DNA of 63,240 nucleotides, the filler included, from Octopus bimaculoides (taxonomy: Eukaryota): NCBI RefSeq assembly GCF_001194135.2. It is 7 parts of 7 records of this genome, joined end to end, with 100 filler letters (N's around TTAATTAATTAA, not from the genome) between each part and the next. Parts side by side here need not be neighbours in the genome. Positions count along the whole stretch, not along the records: positions 55,610 to 61,919 come from NC_069001.1; positions 62,020 to 63,240 come from NW_026300286.1; 5 more parts are not named here. One strand, 5' to 3'. Below the pieces are notes generated by a model. It worked only from the letters and a program-made list of their open reading frames with translations, was not told where the DNA came from and did no database searches. Below are positions 60,316 through 63,240 of this stretch, in pieces (the stretch's first letter is position 1; each line of letters begins with the position of its first letter). A program made the translations under genes and the position numbers.

Positions 60316-60767
60316 TTAAATATCTGCTGCATTGGAAATCTGTAATAGCTCCATAACTACTCTAACGTGGAGCCAGAGTAATCTATTACAGCACTTACCT
60401 AGCATACCTAATCGTTTAGATCACCTGTGAACTAAACCCCCATACTCTGTGTATATATGTGTGTGTGTGTGTGTTTGTGTGTATAGTTAATTCAAATAAT
60501 CAAACCCTTCAAAATGAACGAATAAAGAATGAGAAAAATATGGAAAACAACAAATGTGAGGACTTACATGAGAAGTGTATTAGCTTGACACTTGGTGAAA
60601 GGAGAGAGTTTAATGTTTTGAGCTCTCATCAGAAAAGAGAAAGGGAAAAGTCCAAAGAAGGAGAAGAGGAAGAAATCCTCAATGGCACATGTATAGTTAC
60701 ATTGCTGTATATAAATATAAATAAACTAACATTTGTTTTTATAAGCGCCGAAATGCGTATTCTAAGA

Positions 60768-60930
60768 TACAAATAAGATGATAATTTATTTTTGAATGCA
60801 GAGATACCGTTAGAACAACAGAAATATTGTTTTTGACAGATTTTTCCACTTTGTAAGGGTAATTTACTCAATATTTCTGCTGTTCTAATGGCATCTCTGT
60901 GTTCAGCAATAAATTATCATCTTATTTGTA
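60768..60930. mobile_element. Small TA-flanked foldback MITE (62-bp arms)
   Basis: TA|CAAATAAGATGATAATTTATT...CAGAAATATTG versus the right arm; ~39-bp spacer. Confidence 0.8.
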
Positions 60931-61159
60931 TTTTACAATATATGTGTTTGGAAAGGTTAATCGAAAGTACTCATACACACAAGGAAAAATAATTTCTTCC
61001 ATAAAGGTTAGCAACATCCTAATGAAAGATTTTATAACTTTTTCTTAAAAATAATTTTTTAAATATCCCCTTTATACTTAAACTCTGTGTTAAGTAATTT
61101 TCACAAAAAATTTCAAATATCCATAATATAATATAATATAATATAATATAAAGAATATA

Positions 61160-61196
<37 letters not shown>

Positions 61197-62159
61197 TATA
61201 TATTTTTTTAAACCAAAAAATTTGGTAAAAAAAAAAAATATATATATATATGTATATATATGCATGCATATATATATATATGTATATATTTATGCATACA
61301 TGGACATACAAACACACATACACACACATACATGAACACACACATGCACCCACATACACACACATACATGCACACACACGCGCACCCACATAAACAGACA
61401 CAGGCACACGCACACACTTATACATATAAATATACTCGTATCAAGGTAGGTTAGTAAAAGGTCAAAGTTCGTTGGTGGGTATAGGCAGGACTCGGAAGAC
61501 ATTGTGCTTTGCCATCAGTAAACGATTTTTATTATGTCTTTCAATAAAAGAAATTCCAATTATGCCGTTCAATGAAGATATATCGAATATATAAATCATA
61601 TTTTTTCATTTCCTATTCAAAATACTTTGTATTATTTTATTCAGTAGAAACTTGCTCCACTTCTTTTTGCTATCTCTTCTCAGTTGCTATTGTCTGCTTG
61701 TCTACGTCGCTTTCTCGTTCTTTTATTATTTCCGTCTTTTTGTTCTTGTCCATGATGTATACATGTACACACACACACACGCACACACACACACACACGC
61801 ACACACAAACACACACACACACACACATACACATACACATACACACCCTCACACACACATATATATGTGTGTGTACGCGTGGGTATACATATATATACAC
61901 GACGCATATATATATATATNNNNNNNNNNNNNNNNNNNNNNNNNNNNNNNNNNNNNNNNNNNNTTAATTAATTAANNNNNNNNNNNNNNNNNNNNNNNNN
62001 NNNNNNNNNNNNNNNNNNNAGGGGCCGAAACCGGACGTGGTTCCTCTTTAGCCACTGGATCCTATAAAGGAGCTGTCGAGGTAGCGATCCACGAAACATG
62101 GTTGGAATTCTTCATCTGCTGGCTGTTTTCCTTCCATCAGTTCTTGCATTCTCCTACTG

Positions 62160-63240
62160 TTTCAATCACCATCATCATTCAATCATCAATCAATCCGTCA
62201 TCAATCAATCAATCACCATCAATCATCAACCGCCATCAATCATCATTAATCACCATCAATCACCATCATTCACCATCAATCACCATCAATCATCAATCAT
62301 CAATCATCCATCATCCATCATCCACCATCCATTCACCATCATCATCCATCCATCATCACCATCCATCCATCCATCATCACCCATCTATCACCATCCATTC
62401 ATCATCTATCAATCATCTATCAATCATCAATCACCATCAATCATCATCAATCACCACCAATCACCATCAATCACCATCAATCACCATCAATCACCAACAA
62501 TCACCATCAATCACCATCAATCACCGTCAGTCACCATTAATCACCATCAATCACCGTCAGTCACCATTAATCACCATCAATCACCATCAATCACCGTCAG
62601 TCACCATTAATCACCATCAATCACCGTCAGTCACCATTAATCACCCCCAATCACCATCAACCACCATCAATCACAATCAGTCAACAGCCATCAATCATCA
62701 ATCATCCATCATCCATCATCATCTATCCATCATGATCATCATCCATCATGATCATCATCCATCCATCATCCATCATCATCCATCCATTCATCATCCATCC
62801 ATCCATCATCATCCATCCATTCATCAACCATCCATTCATCCATCCATCATCATCTATCAATCATCAATCACCATCAATCACCATCAATCACCAACAATCA
62901 TCGTCAATCACCATCACTCATCATCAATCATCAATCATCAATCATCAATCATCAATCATCATCATCCATCATCATCATCCATCATCATCCATCCATCATC
63001 ATCCATCCTACATCATCATCCATCCATCATCATCATCCATCCTTCATCATCCATCCATCATCATCCATTAATCATCAATCCATCCATCATCATCCATCCA
63101 TCATCATCATCCATTCATCATCATCCATTAATCATCAATCCATCCATCATCATCCATCCTCATCATCCATCCATCATTATCATCCATTCATCATCATCCA
63201 TCATCATCATCACCACCACCACCACCACCACCACCACCAC
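62160..63240. repeat. Complex (AATCACCATC)n/(CCAT)n/(CAT)n/(CAC)n satellite-like tract
   Basis: 10-bp unit at 62440-62670, then CCAT/CAT mixtures to the window end. Confidence 0.9.

Noticed and set aside
62070-62110. CTGTCGA...CGAAACATGGT hammerhead-like string
   Set aside because: Stem II and stem I do not pair.

Overview
This is AT-rich, gapped animal genomic DNA. The very dense (CA)n/(TA)n/(CATA)n/(TAA)n microsatellites and the recurring tRNA-headed SINEs point to a coleoid cephalopod, most likely Octopus (inferred from repeat style, not from a search). I cannot support any intact host protein-coding gene; nearly all long ORF-track entries are microsatellite or N-gap artefacts, so this is intergenic or deep-intronic sequence. 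It is a mosaic of transposon remnants: four tRNA-derived SINE families; four Penelope-like elements (PLEs, two with Naiad-type GIY-YIG C-termini); a head-to-tail array of three Dong/R4 LINEs in (TAA)n; R4-, HERO-, Tx1- and RTE-like fragments; three Helitron derivatives; a deleted mariner; and several MITE/foldback hairpins. The most notable signal is a set of hammerhead ribozyme (HHR) motifs linked to the PLEs. One is a complete, canonical, extended type I hammerhead (35767-35853, minus), intact inside a ~430-bp inverted-repeat-bounded module next to a heavily decayed PLE. The others are a degenerate relative (33945-34040), a minimal dimer-type HHR with a variant core (42408-42443) and a half HHR at a gap edge (12481-12515). 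Two near-perfect pre-miRNA-sized hairpins lie at 28259-28371 and 60221-60315. Six 100-bp N/TTAATTAATTAA/N spacers are assembly joins, so long-range adjacency is not guaranteed. All folds and translations were done by hand.
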